Assembly (NCBI GenBank): GCA_041500225.1
Contig: JBGQLV010000002.1
Span: forward strand, 5,616-69,615
Reading direction: 5' to 3'
DNA from: Thermodesulfovibrionia bacterium
GTDB lineage: Bacteria; Nitrospirota; Thermodesulfovibrionia; Thermodesulfovibrionales; SM23-35
DNA length: 64,000 nucleotides
Each line of letters starts with the position of its first letter. Position 1 is the stretch's first letter. This document shows positions 19,717-28,926 of this stretch, in pieces. The position numbers and the translations under genes are program-made. Under the pieces are notes generated by a model. It saw only the letters and a list, made by a program, of their open reading frames with translations, was not told the origin of the DNA and searched no databases.

Positions 19717-21489
19717 ATGTCGCTTGATCCAACCAAACATGCAGACTGGGAGATTGCAGAAGCAGCTGAAAAGACGATGAAGACATCTCAGCAATTAGCT
19801 GAGGAGTTGGGTATTGACAAAAAAGAGTTATTGCCGCATGGGCATTATATTGCAAAGGTTGATTATGCAAGGGTTCTGGAAAGGTTAAAGGATAAGCCTG
19901 ACGGGAAATTCATTGAAGTCACAGCCATAACACCAACGCCGCTCGGGGAAGGAAAATCAACTACAACGATGGGACTTCTTCAGGGAATGGGTAAACGCGG
20001 GAAAAAGGTTACTGCCTGCATACGCCAGCCATCCGGTGGACCCACTATGAACATCAAAGGGTCTGCTGCCGGAGGCGGTTTATCACAGTGTATTCCTCTT
20101 ACAGAGTTTTCACTCGGTCTCACAGGTGATATAAATGCTGTTATGAATGCCCATAACCTTGCCATGGTTGCATTGACAGCAAGGATGCAGCATGAATTCA
20201 ATTACACTGATGAACAGCTTGCAAAGAGAAAACTGAGACGTCTTAATATAGACCCCAGGAATGTTGAAATGGGCTGGATTATGGATTTTTGTGCACAGGC
20301 GCTAAGGAATATAATTATCGGTATCGGTGGCAAGATGGATGGGTTTATGATGCCCTCAAAATTTGGGATAGCCGTTTCTTCAGAGGTTATGGCCATACTT
20401 GCTGTCTTCAGCGATCTTGCGGACTTCAGGAAGAGAATAGGCGGGATCGTCGTTGCTTACGACAAACAGGGTACTCCAATTACTGCGGAAGATCTTGAGG
20501 TAGCAGGGGCCATGGCTGCATGGATGAGGGAGGCCATAAATCCGAATCTCCTTCAAAGCCTTGAGGGCCAACCTTGCTTTGTCCATGCCGGACCTTTCGC
20601 CAATATTGCTGTTGGTCAGTCATCTGTGGTTGCCGACAAGATATGTCTTAAGTTAGCTGATTATCATATTACCGAGTCTGGTTTTGGTGCTGATATTGGT
20701 TTTGAGAAGTTCTGGAATGTGAAGTGTCGCTACTCCGGAAACATTCCGAACGTTTCGGTTATTACGGCTACAATAAGGGCATTGAAACACCATGGCGTAA
20801 ATGCAGGCGCGCCACTGGTTGTGCCGGGCAGACCGATTCCAAAAGAATATTTTCAGGAAAATCTCGCGTGGCTTGAAGATGGAATGGCAAACGTAATACA
20901 TCACATAAACACTATTAAAAAGGCGGGGATAAACCCTGTTGTCTGTATAAACCGGTTCCACACTGATACGGATGAAGAGGTTAAATTGACCAAGAAGATG
21001 TGCGAGGCAGCCGGAGCGCGTGTCGCGGTGTCACAGCACTGGCAGTATGGAAGCGAAGGTGCCCTTGAGCTGGCTGACGCAGTTTCTGATGCATGTAATG
21101 ATAAAGTCAATTTCAAATTCCTTTATGACCTTGACACACCAATCCGTAAGAGGGTTGAACTGATAGCTAAAGAGGTTTACGGCGCAAATGGCGTAAGTTA
21201 TTCTCCGGAAGCAACTGCAAAGGCAGAGAGATTTGAAAAGGATCCAAAGTTTAAAGACTATGCAACTATGATGGTCAAAACCCATTTATCTCTCTCACAT
21301 GACCCTACGTTGAAAGGTGTACCGAAGAACTGGACTCTCCACATCAGAGATTTTCTCACTTATGGCGGATCCAGGTTTATCTGCCCTGTGGCGGGAAATA
21401 TCAGCCTTATGCCCGGAACATCCTCCGATCCAGCATATAGACGGGTTGATGTAGATGTTGAAACAGGCAAGGTTAAAGGATTGTTTTAA
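19717..21489 (+). CDS. fhs: formate--tetrahydrofolate ligase
   Basis: It has the [18 protein letters not shown]-loop. The 590-aa length and the C-terminal [10 protein letters not shown] pattern are typical of FTHFS. AGGAGG lies upstream. Confidence 0.95.
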   Translation: MSLDPTKHADWEIAEAAEKTMKTSQQLAEELGIDKKELLPHGHYIAKVDYARVLERLKDKPDGKFIEVTAITPTPLGEGKSTTTMGLLQGMGKRGKKVTACIRQPSGGPTMNIKGSAAGGGLSQCIPLTEFSLGLTGDINAVMNAHNLAMVALTARMQHEFNYTDEQLAKRKLRRLNIDPRNVEMGWIMDFCAQALRNIIIGIGGKMDGFMMPSKFGIAVSSEVMAILAVFSDLADFRKRIGGIVVAYDKQGTPITAEDLEVAGAMAAWMREAINPNLLQSLEGQPCFVHAGPFANIAVGQSSVVADKICLKLADYHITESGFGADIGFEKFWNVKCRYSGNIPNVSVITATIRALKHHGVNAGAPLVVPGRPIPKEYFQENLAWLEDGMANVIHHINTIKKAGINPVVCINRFHTDTDEEVKLTKKMCEAAGARVAVSQHWQYGSEGALELADAVSDACNDKVNFKFLYDLDTPIRKRVELIAKEVYGANGVSYSPEATAKAERFEKDPKFKDYATMMVKTHLSLSHDPTLKGVPKNWTLHIRDFLTYGGSRFICPVAGNISLMPGTSSDPAYRRVDVDVETGKVKGLF

Positions 21490-21510
21490 ATAAATAATTT
21501 AATATACGAC

Positions 21511-21650
21511 ATAAGAGTATGACATAGTATTTTCGCTCATTCTCGTCCCGATAAAATCGGGACTCCGAGGCTTTTGCCTCTCGATTATTAAATATAAATA
21601 AGTTGACTATGGGCAAAAGAATCCGCTCAAATACTATGTCATACTCTTAT
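21511..21650. repeat. 140-bp element bounded by perfect 22-bp inverted repeats (MITE-like or long hairpin) downstream of fhs
   Basis: ATAAGAGTATGACATAGTATTT (21511..21532) is the exact reverse complement of AAATACTATGTCATACTCTTAT (21629..21650). The interior has two small hairpins, GTCCCGATAAAATCGGGAC and CGAGGCTTTTGCCTC. Confidence 0.85.
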
Positions 21651-21667
21651 ATTTTTAAATATCCTAT

Positions 21668-22600
21668 ATGAAAAAAGTCGGTTTTATATATGATGATATA
21701 TTCCTTAAACATGAAATGCCTGCTGGCCACCCAGAATCTCCCCAAAGGCTTATAAAAACATTAGATGCACTAAAAAATTCAGATATCTGGAATAATCTAA
21801 TACATATAAAGCCTCGACGCGCAGACGAAAAAGACATTCTGAAGGTTCATACCAGAGACTATTTCGATAATGTTAGGACCTTTACAGGCTATTATGACCC
21901 TGACACATACATTTCGAATAACTCATTTGAGACAGCAATGTTCGCTGCAGGCGCTGTTATTGAAGCGATTGATAGATGTAAAAAGGGGGAGATAGAAAGG
22001 GCATTTTGCGCTGTAAGGCCGCCAGGTCATCATGCTGAGGCAAACAGGGCTATGGGCTTTTGTATATTCAACAATATTGCCGTCGGTGCCAGGTATGCAC
22101 AGAAAATTGGTTATAAGAATGTCTTTATCATTGATTTTGATGTCCATCATGGAAACGGCAGCCAGCATATATTTGAAGAAGATGATACGGTTTTTTATTT
22201 CAGCACACACCAGTATCCACATTATCCCGGTACGGGAAGAGATTCCGAAAGAGGAAAAGGCAAAGGAGAAGGCTTCACTTATAATATCCCTATGCAGTAT
22301 GGCTCAGGAGATAAGGATTACTTCTCTGCCTATCATGATATTCTGCCACGTCTTGTTAGAGAATTCATTCCCGATATCATCCTCATTTCAGCAGGCTATG
22401 ACATTCACTCAAAAGACCCACTCTCAGAGATCAATGTAACAAATGAAGGGATACGGAGTATAGTCAGGGAAATTCTTTCATGTTCAACTGTCACACGTCA
22501 TCCGTTTCTGCCTTTTATTTTTGCCCTTGAAGGCGGATATAATCTTCATGCCCTGAGCGAATCTGTATTGATTACTATTGAGGAGCTGTTAGAAATTTGA
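21668..22600 (+). CDS. histone deacetylase-family (class II-like) deacetylase / acetoin-utilisation-type protein
   Basis: It has the catalytic motifs RPPGHHA and DFDVHHGNG, plus EGGY near the C-terminus. Confidence 0.85.
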   Translation: MKKVGFIYDDIFLKHEMPAGHPESPQRLIKTLDALKNSDIWNNLIHIKPRRADEKDILKVHTRDYFDNVRTFTGYYDPDTYISNNSFETAMFAAGAVIEAIDRCKKGEIERAFCAVRPPGHHAEANRAMGFCIFNNIAVGARYAQKIGYKNVFIIDFDVHHGNGSQHIFEEDDTVFYFSTHQYPHYPGTGRDSERGKGKGEGFTYNIPMQYGSGDKDYFSAYHDILPRLVREFIPDIILISAGYDIHSKDPLSEINVTNEGIRSIVREILSCSTVTRHPFLPFIFALEGGYNLHALSESVLITIEELLEI

Positions 22601-22613
22601 AGTTACTAAAGAA

Positions 22614-22742
22614 TTCATAAGTAAGATTACTTATTTGTCATTGCGGCTTGTCCGCAATTCTTCTGAAAAGAAATCCCGAAAGCATTCGGGACGACAAGCG
22701 GGAATGACAGAAATTAGAATGTTATGAATTGTTACTTATGAA
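22614..22742. repeat. MITE-like element with 11-bp terminal inverted repeats (TTCATAAGTAA / TTACTTATGAA)
   Basis: The interior carries TGTCATTGCGG...CCGCAATTC, CCCGAAAGCATTCGGG and GCGGGAATGACA. It lies between the convergent deacetylase and kinase genes. Confidence 0.75.
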
Positions 22743-22769
22743 CTTGTTAGTAAGTAGATCAATTTTGCT

Positions 22770-24707
22770 TTAAATTGAGCTTAACCTTCTCTTTATATCC
22801 ATCGCCTCTGAAACCAGATCTAAAACCTGATCTATTTTAAAGGGTTTGTTTAATATCAGATCTGCACCACTTTCCTTCATCTTTTCATCATCTATCTGAA
22901 TGCCCCAGCCAGTAATCAATGCTACCGGGACTCTTGGATCTTTGGCCTTTACAGATTTAGCTACCTCCCAACCGCTCATCCCCGGCATACCAAGGTCAGT
23001 AAAGACTAAATCAATCCCCTCTTTAAAAAAGATGTCTAATCCTTCTTTCCCAGAGGAAGCCTTAAAAACATTATGTCCACCCTGGGTTAGTAAACTCCCT
23101 AAAATATTCCGGACCATTTCTTCGTCCTCTATAACCAGGATATTTGCACGATTAACCTCTCTGGTCGTAATATGCCTTCCCACTTTCTCTTTGAGTTCCG
23201 CCGGGACAGGTAGATTTATTATAAAGGTAACACCTTTTCCTTCCTCAGTCTCAACCTCAATAGTTCCCTTATGCCTTGTGATAATGCTATAGGCAATGCT
23301 CAATCCCAATCCATCGCTTATGACACCTTTAGTAGTAAAAAATGGATCAAAAATCCTTTTTTTCACTTCTTTAGATATGCCTATTCCGGTATCAGTTACA
23401 AGTATCTGCACTTCCTCATTAATGGCTCTTGTCTCAATGGTAATCTTACCTCCTTCAGGCATAGCATCGATTGAGTTGAAGATTATATTGGTTAATACCT
23501 CCCTTATTTCTGACGGGTTTCCCATAATGTGCGGCAAATCCTTTTTTAACAAGGTTATCAATTCGATGTTAATACCTTTCCCCTGTGCCTGATCTTTCCA
23601 TCGTGGTTTTGACATCTCCTTCACTTCTTCAACGATCTCATTGATATCCACTTTAAAATATTCTTTATCTGCCCTTATTCTGGTAAACTCCTGTATGCGT
23701 CGTACAGTCTCAGCAGCATCTAAAGCAGCAATCTCAATTATCTTGAGTTGTTTTTTTATTTGTTCAGAATTCAATGTATCTACCTGCCTGACAAGTAACT
23801 CTGTATTACCCAGAATAATAGCCAACGCATTGTTGAAATCGTGTGCAACCCCTGAAGCCATCTGGCCTATAGCTCTTAGCTTCTCGGATTGGATGAGCTG
23901 CTCCTCAATTTTTTTCCTTTCGCTGACATCCCTCATGATAACCTCAACACCAATAGTCTCACCTTTTTGGGAATAGGGACGGTCACCAATTTCAAGAAAA
24001 ATTACCTCTCTATTTTTGTTTAATGCCCTGATCTCATAAATATCCGCTAATGCTTCCCCGACTATCTTTTTCTCAAAACGTTCCTGAGCCACGGGTAGGT
24101 CTTCCGGGTAAATAAAGTCTGAAAACCTTTTATCTTCCAATTCCTGCTCAGAATAACCAAACAATCCGCTAAATCTCGTGTTATAGATGCTGAGCTTACC
24201 ATCAGGGATCATAAATACGGCTAGCGCATCATTTATACTTTCAAATAATCCCCTGTATTTTTCCAGAGACTCTTTTAACTCTTTTTCTAATCTCTGCTTC
24301 TCTTTTGCCAGCATCTGTTTCTCTATAGACTTTTTAACTACAACCCTCAGTTCTTCAATATCAAAGGGTTTGGTAACAAAGGCATCTGCACCTTTGTTTA
24401 AAGCCTTAATAGCATTTTGAGTACTTGCATAGGCTGTCATCATGATTACACTCAAATCCGGATTATTCTTCTTAATAATTTCCAACAATTCTACTCCGTC
24501 TATATCCGGAAGTTTTATGTCCAATATAGCTATATTAAAGGGGCTTTCTTTTAAACAGGCAGCTCCATTTGAGCCCGTATTTGCTGTTAAAACCTTGTAC
24601 CCATCAAGCTCAAGGATGCGGGAAAGGGTTTTACACATGCCTTTATCGTCATCGATTATCAAAACATTTGGTATAGAGCCTGTCGAAATATCGAAATTAT
24701 TAGTCAT
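22770..24707 (-). CDS. hybrid sensor histidine kinase/response regulator (REC-PAS-HisKA-HATPase-REC)
   Basis: The N-terminal REC is ILDIKLPDIDG and is followed by a PAS segment. The H-box is SGVAHDFNNAL and the ATPase motif is DTGIGISKEVKKRIFDPFFTTK. The C-terminal REC is FTDLGMPGMSG. Confidence 0.85.
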   Translation of the reverse strand: MTNNFDISTGSIPNVLIIDDDKGMCKTLSRILELDGYKVLTANTGSNGAACLKESPFNIAILDIKLPDIDGVELLEIIKKNNPDLSVIMMTAYASTQNAIKALNKGADAFVTKPFDIEELRVVVKKSIEKQMLAKEKQRLEKELKESLEKYRGLFESINDALAVFMIPDGKLSIYNTRFSGLFGYSEQELEDKRFSDFIYPEDLPVAQERFEKKIVGEALADIYEIRALNKNREVIFLEIGDRPYSQKGETIGVEVIMRDVSERKKIEEQLIQSEKLRAIGQMASGVAHDFNNALAIILGNTELLVRQVDTLNSEQIKKQLKIIEIAALDAAETVRRIQEFTRIRADKEYFKVDINEIVEEVKEMSKPRWKDQAQGKGINIELITLLKKDLPHIMGNPSEIREVLTNIIFNSIDAMPEGGKITIETRAINEEVQILVTDTGIGISKEVKKRIFDPFFTTKGVISDGLGLSIAYSIITRHKGTIEVETEEGKGVTFIINLPVPAELKEKVGRHITTREVNRANILVIEDEEMVRNILGSLLTQGGHNVFKASSGKEGLDIFFKEGIDLVFTDLGMPGMSGWEVAKSVKAKDPRVPVALITGWGIQIDDEKMKESGADLILNKPFKIDQVLDLVSEAMDIKRRLSSI

Positions 24708-24745
24708 GCTCTTTATTTCTTTCTAACGTTTGTCCAGATACCTTA

Positions 24746-26008
24746 TTATAAATCTTGTTGATCGCCGATTTCTTCTTTAGCTATAGGCAGTCTGATAACA
24801 AAGGTAGTACCCTTACCAACCTCACTTTTTAGTTTTATTTGTCCTTCATGTCTTTCAATAATTCCCTGGGTAACTGCCAACCCCAATCCAATACCCTTGG
24901 CCTTAGTAGTAAAAAGGGGATCGAATATCTTCTTCTGGTCTTCTTCCTTAATTCCACCACCAGTATCTTTAAATTCGACCTCAATAAACCTTCCATCCTC
25001 CCGGCTGGTTATTGTTAATCTTCCACCCACTTCCATGGATTGACATGCATTTAAGATCAGATTATTAAAGGCCTGTCTTATTTGATAAGGGTCAACCGCA
25101 GCCTTCTTAAGGTTGGGTTTTAGATTTATCTCTACTTTAATATTCTCCGGCGACTTGGTAACCGATAAGGTATATTTAATAATTCTATTTATATCAGATG
25201 GCTTCACTATTGGTTTTGAAATCAGAGAAAAATTCAGAAGGTCTCTGATAATCTTGTCAGAAAGACCTATCTCGTTCTCTATAATATTAAGAAACTCAGA
25301 AATGCTCGGCTCTTCTGCTGCCAGACGACTTTTACCTATCTTTTCTCTTAAATAGTAGGCTGAGTTCTTTATTACTCCTAAAGGATTCCTCAATTCATGA
25401 GCAACACCAGCAGCCAACTGCCCTATGGCCGCCAATTTTTCAGACCGAATCAGTCTCTCCTGAGTTCTCCTTAATTCCAAACTGCTCCTTTCTATCTCTG
25501 CAGTTCTTTCCTCTAACTCTACCTTTGACTTTTCCATTTTTATCTGATTATCTACTAATTCTGCATAAATACGGTCTATCACCAGTATGATTTCCTGCCA
25601 CATTTTTTCTTCCATCTGACGGTGGACTACACTGTCCGTTACATCCTTAGCAATATGTACAAACCTAACAATTTCATCGTTTCCGTCTTTTATTGGATAG
25701 ACATTAATTAATACATGGTGTTGACTGCCACTATCATGGATACCGGCATGAACATGTGTCGTAGAGCTGGATCTACCTGTGGCTAAGACATCATAAATTG
25801 GACATATATCAAAAGGTCCCTGGCAGGGAAAATCAAGGCCATGTGTAACATAATAGCAATGTTTGTCAATAATGTTGGGCCCATAAATGTCTATTGATTT
25901 CTGGTTTGCCCATATAACCTTGTACTGTCTCGATATAAGCAAAATCTCTTCGTCAATTCCATCAACAATATTCTCATATACCCATTTATTCTTTCCCTGA
26001 AAATTCAT
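24746..26008 (-). CDS. cytoplasmic sensor histidine kinase with Cys/His-rich PAS-like N-terminal domain
   Basis: The H-box is AAGVAHELRNPL and the ATPase motif is DTGGGIKEEDQKKIFDPLFTTK. No TM segments are present. The N-terminal domain contains HCYYVTHGLDFPCQGPFDICP and a His-rich stretch. Confidence 0.85.
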   Translation of the reverse strand: MNFQGKNKWVYENIVDGIDEEILLISRQYKVIWANQKSIDIYGPNIIDKHCYYVTHGLDFPCQGPFDICPIYDVLATGRSSSTTHVHAGIHDSGSQHHVLINVYPIKDGNDEIVRFVHIAKDVTDSVVHRQMEEKMWQEIILVIDRIYAELVDNQIKMEKSKVELEERTAEIERSSLELRRTQERLIRSEKLAAIGQLAAGVAHELRNPLGVIKNSAYYLREKIGKSRLAAEEPSISEFLNIIENEIGLSDKIIRDLLNFSLISKPIVKPSDINRIIKYTLSVTKSPENIKVEINLKPNLKKAAVDPYQIRQAFNNLILNACQSMEVGGRLTITSREDGRFIEVEFKDTGGGIKEEDQKKIFDPLFTTKAKGIGLGLAVTQGIIERHEGQIKLKSEVGKGTTFVIRLPIAKEEIGDQQDL

Positions 26009-26029
26009 TTCTGTACCATGCGATCATGC

Positions 26030-27493
26030 CTACCTCTTTATTGTATGAACAGTGCATACAAGGCAGGGATCAAAGGATCTTACCACATGCCCAATCTCTA
26101 TGGGATTATCCACATTTTCGACTATGGTCCCGTTTAGCGCATGTTCACATGCCCCGTACTGATCAAAAGAATCCTTAGGAGAAAGGTTCCATGCAGTAGG
26201 AGTTATCACCTGATATCTCTCAATCTTGCCATTTTTAATGGTTAACCAGTGACCGAGTGACCCTCTCGCTGCCTCAATAAGACCAATCCCTTTTGCCTCT
26301 GGAGGCACCAAAGGCTTTTTATAGAATGGCTTACGGGCGTCTATCTCTCTTATCCAGATTCCAACCTGCCTTACCAGTCTCACCGCCTCATGAAGCCTTG
26401 CCAAAACCCTTAAAAAAACGCCTGAGCCTGATTTATTAAATATATCATAAATTAAGGAGTCTTTATCCAGTATCATCCTGGCTAAAGGACCTACCTCGAT
26501 TACGTTGTCATCATAGCGTGGTGATTTACACCAACTGTAAGCCCCTTCTTTATCCGGATCAGGGTCTGTTATGCCCTCAGAAGGATGCAGTCCACCTTGA
26601 TATCCCTTCAAAAAGGAATACTTGATGTATTCAGTTATCTTCTCCTGGTTAAATGGGTAAAAATCCCTGTCATAGTACCCGCTGGGAAGCCAGGTTTGTC
26701 CCTCAGAAAGTTCATATGCTCCATACGACAGAAATCTATCCGGGCCTTTACCGATTTTATCCAACCCTAATTCTCTCCCGTACCTCACATAAATCCCAAG
26801 GTCGCTATCATAGTGATTTGACTCTGTTAACCATTTATCCAGGTCATCCATACTCCTATTCTCCAGCCACCTATCAATATCGCATCCCAGTAAGCTTTCT
26901 TCCACATAATCCTGTAACTCCCTCAACAGTCCTAATGCCTTGGTTTGGCGTGAAATACTGATACTGCAGGTAACTCCTCCTGGCTGAAAGACAAGTGTAT
27001 TGGGCCATTTGCCTGCGAATACCCCCATAAGTTCTAACATACTGGGACGAGCCTTGATAGATTTCAGATACGACGTTCCCTTAAATGGAAGAAAGCGCTT
27101 CTCCAGCTCTTGAAATCCTGGATGCATTGAATATTTTTTATTGGTCAAATCAGGGGCAAATAAGGCATAGAAATGTACTATATGACTCATAAGATTCTCG
27201 ATTGCCAGAACAATATTTCTTACCCTGTACGCATTTTCCGGCATCTGAGATTTCCATGCATTCCTTATAGCTGTCGAGCTTGCTACTCCGTGTGATGCCC
27301 CACAGATTCCACAGATCCTTGGAGTAAATACTATGGCATCCATAGGATCTCTTCCCTTTAACAAGATTTCAAACCCTCTAAACATCACACCCTTGGATCT
27401 GGCATTTTGCACCTTTCCATCCTTAACCTCAGCAGTTATCTCCAGGTCACCTTCCACTCTATTAAATGGACTTAAATTTATCTTCTTAGACAT
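26030..27493 (-). CDS. [NiFe]-hydrogenase large subunit (group 2-like, no cleavable C-terminal extension)
   Basis: The N-terminal Ni-binding motif is RICGICGASHG and the C-terminal motif is DPCLVCTVH. Only four residues (TIKR) follow the motif before the stop. Confidence 0.9.
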   Translation of the reverse strand: MSKKINLSPFNRVEGDLEITAEVKDGKVQNARSKGVMFRGFEILLKGRDPMDAIVFTPRICGICGASHGVASSTAIRNAWKSQMPENAYRVRNIVLAIENLMSHIVHFYALFAPDLTNKKYSMHPGFQELEKRFLPFKGTSYLKSIKARPSMLELMGVFAGKWPNTLVFQPGGVTCSISISRQTKALGLLRELQDYVEESLLGCDIDRWLENRSMDDLDKWLTESNHYDSDLGIYVRYGRELGLDKIGKGPDRFLSYGAYELSEGQTWLPSGYYDRDFYPFNQEKITEYIKYSFLKGYQGGLHPSEGITDPDPDKEGAYSWCKSPRYDDNVIEVGPLARMILDKDSLIYDIFNKSGSGVFLRVLARLHEAVRLVRQVGIWIREIDARKPFYKKPLVPPEAKGIGLIEAARGSLGHWLTIKNGKIERYQVITPTAWNLSPKDSFDQYGACEHALNGTIVENVDNPIEIGHVVRSFDPCLVCTVHTIKR

Positions 27494-27503
27494 ATTAAAC
27501 TCC

Positions 27504-27526
27504 TTAATCCGCCTCAGGCGGATTAA
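27504..27526. repeat. 23-nt palindrome TTAATCCGCCTCAGGCGGATTAA between the hydrogenase small and large subunit genes
   Basis: It is identical to 11975..11997. It overlaps the small-subunit stop codon (27523..27525) and abuts the large-subunit Shine-Dalgarno (AAGGAG on the minus strand). Confidence 0.85.
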
Positions 27527-28488
27527 TCTACCCTTCTGAATGATACTGCATTTTTCTTTAATCTCTCAGGAGTGGCAAGTTTTGCTAAATTGGCCATCCC
27601 CACATACCAGGCTTTAGGAACATCAAGGGGCAACGTAACCGGGACCTCTCCTATCTTTCTGGTCTCAAAGAAAGGTACAGAACCATCTGGAAAATCTGGC
27701 GAGGTACAGGCAATACATGGAAAACCTGCCCGAGTGCAACTTCCTGTACGACCCAGCCACATACGCTCATTACAGTCTGATTCACATAAGGTTCCTTTAC
27801 AGCCCAGATATTCAAACAGACATCCCAGTTGACTATATTCAGTTGCTGAAGCTTTAAACTCATAAAATTCATTTCTTGGGCAGCCGTGATGAGCCAGTTT
27901 TTTATAGAAGGCCTTAGGACGATTGAAATCATCTAATTCTCCGGTGCCTAATTTCCCCATTATTAACCGCATTAGTGTCTCTATTATCCAATCCGGATGA
28001 CATGGGCAACCCGAAACGTTGACTACAGGATGGCCTGAACCTGATACATAATCCTTTCCTAAAGCCCCTCCTTTTTGTTTCCTCAAGAACTGGAGACCGG
28101 TAGCCTCAATAAGATTAGCCCCCGCTGCAACAATACCGCCAAAGGCAGCACAGGTACCAATCGCTATGGTGTATTGGCTAACCTTAGCAAGCATTTCTAT
28201 CCATTCCTTAAACGGACGACCATTGGATAGAAAATATTTTCCGCTATTTTCAGGTCCACAAATTACAGCGCCTTCCACTATTAAAACGTCAAGTTTTGTT
28301 TTTCTGGAAATACATTTATTAAAAATCTTTTCTACTTCTTCTCCTATTTCAAGGCTGAGAAAGGGGTGCCACAGTAAATTTATATCAAGCATCTTCAGCG
28401 CAGTAAGTACATGAGGCTGCTCTGCATTAAGGAATGATATAGTATCTCCATTGCAACCACCACTTTGTAACCATAATAAATTGACCAT
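27523..28488 (-). CDS. [NiFe]-hydrogenase small subunit, no Tat signal peptide (cytosolic)
   Basis: It starts directly at MVNLLWLQSGGCNGD. Cluster motifs are GTCAAFGG, GCPCHPDW, HHGCPRNEF, GCLFEYLGCKG and CTRAGFPCIACTSPDFP. Confidence 0.9.
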   Translation of the reverse strand: MVNLLWLQSGGCNGDTISFLNAEQPHVLTALKMLDINLLWHPFLSLEIGEEVEKIFNKCISRKTKLDVLIVEGAVICGPENSGKYFLSNGRPFKEWIEMLAKVSQYTIAIGTCAAFGGIVAAGANLIEATGLQFLRKQKGGALGKDYVSGSGHPVVNVSGCPCHPDWIIETLMRLIMGKLGTGELDDFNRPKAFYKKLAHHGCPRNEFYEFKASATEYSQLGCLFEYLGCKGTLCESDCNERMWLGRTGSCTRAGFPCIACTSPDFPDGSVPFFETRKIGEVPVTLPLDVPKAWYVGMANLAKLATPERLKKNAVSFRRVD

Positions 28489-28651
28489 TGCCTATGCCTC
28501 CTTTTTCCCTAAAAGACAGGGAAATATCAAATAAATACTATAAATACTATCTAATAAATATTACCATAAGGTCTATTTAAAATCAAATATAATATTTTAC
28601 ACTATTTCATACCCGAAAATGCCGATAGACTTCATAATGCATTGATTATAC

Positions 28652-28796
28652 TGTCATTGCGAGGTCGCATCGACCGTGGCAATCCGACCTGAAAGGTCGT
28701 TGCGAAGGCGAAGCCCGTGGTAATCCCAAATGAGATTCCTCGCTTCGCTCGGAATGACGCTTTGCGTCAGATTGCTTCGTTTCACTCGCAATGACA
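28652..28796. repeat. MITE-like element with 12-bp terminal inverted repeats TGTCATTGCGAG / CTCGCAATGACA
   Basis: The arms lie at 28652..28663 and 28785..28796. The interior has further GGAATGAC-type cores. It lies in the divergent region between the hydrogenase operon and nfeD. Confidence 0.8.
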
Positions 28797-28926
28797 ATTC
28801 TTATCGCTGGATTTGGGTTATACTGTCTTTATTGCAATTTAATGTCTTAATGTCTATAATCTTATCAAAATATGCGCAATGAACGTATAGCCCTTTGTAA
28901 GTTTCTTTGTTGTAAAGAATAAGTTC

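Noticed and set aside
26030-26071. Possibility of a [NiFeSe] hydrogenase (second selenoprotein)
   Set aside because: The C-terminal motif is DPCLVCTVH with ordinary Cys codons, and the gene has no in-frame TGA.
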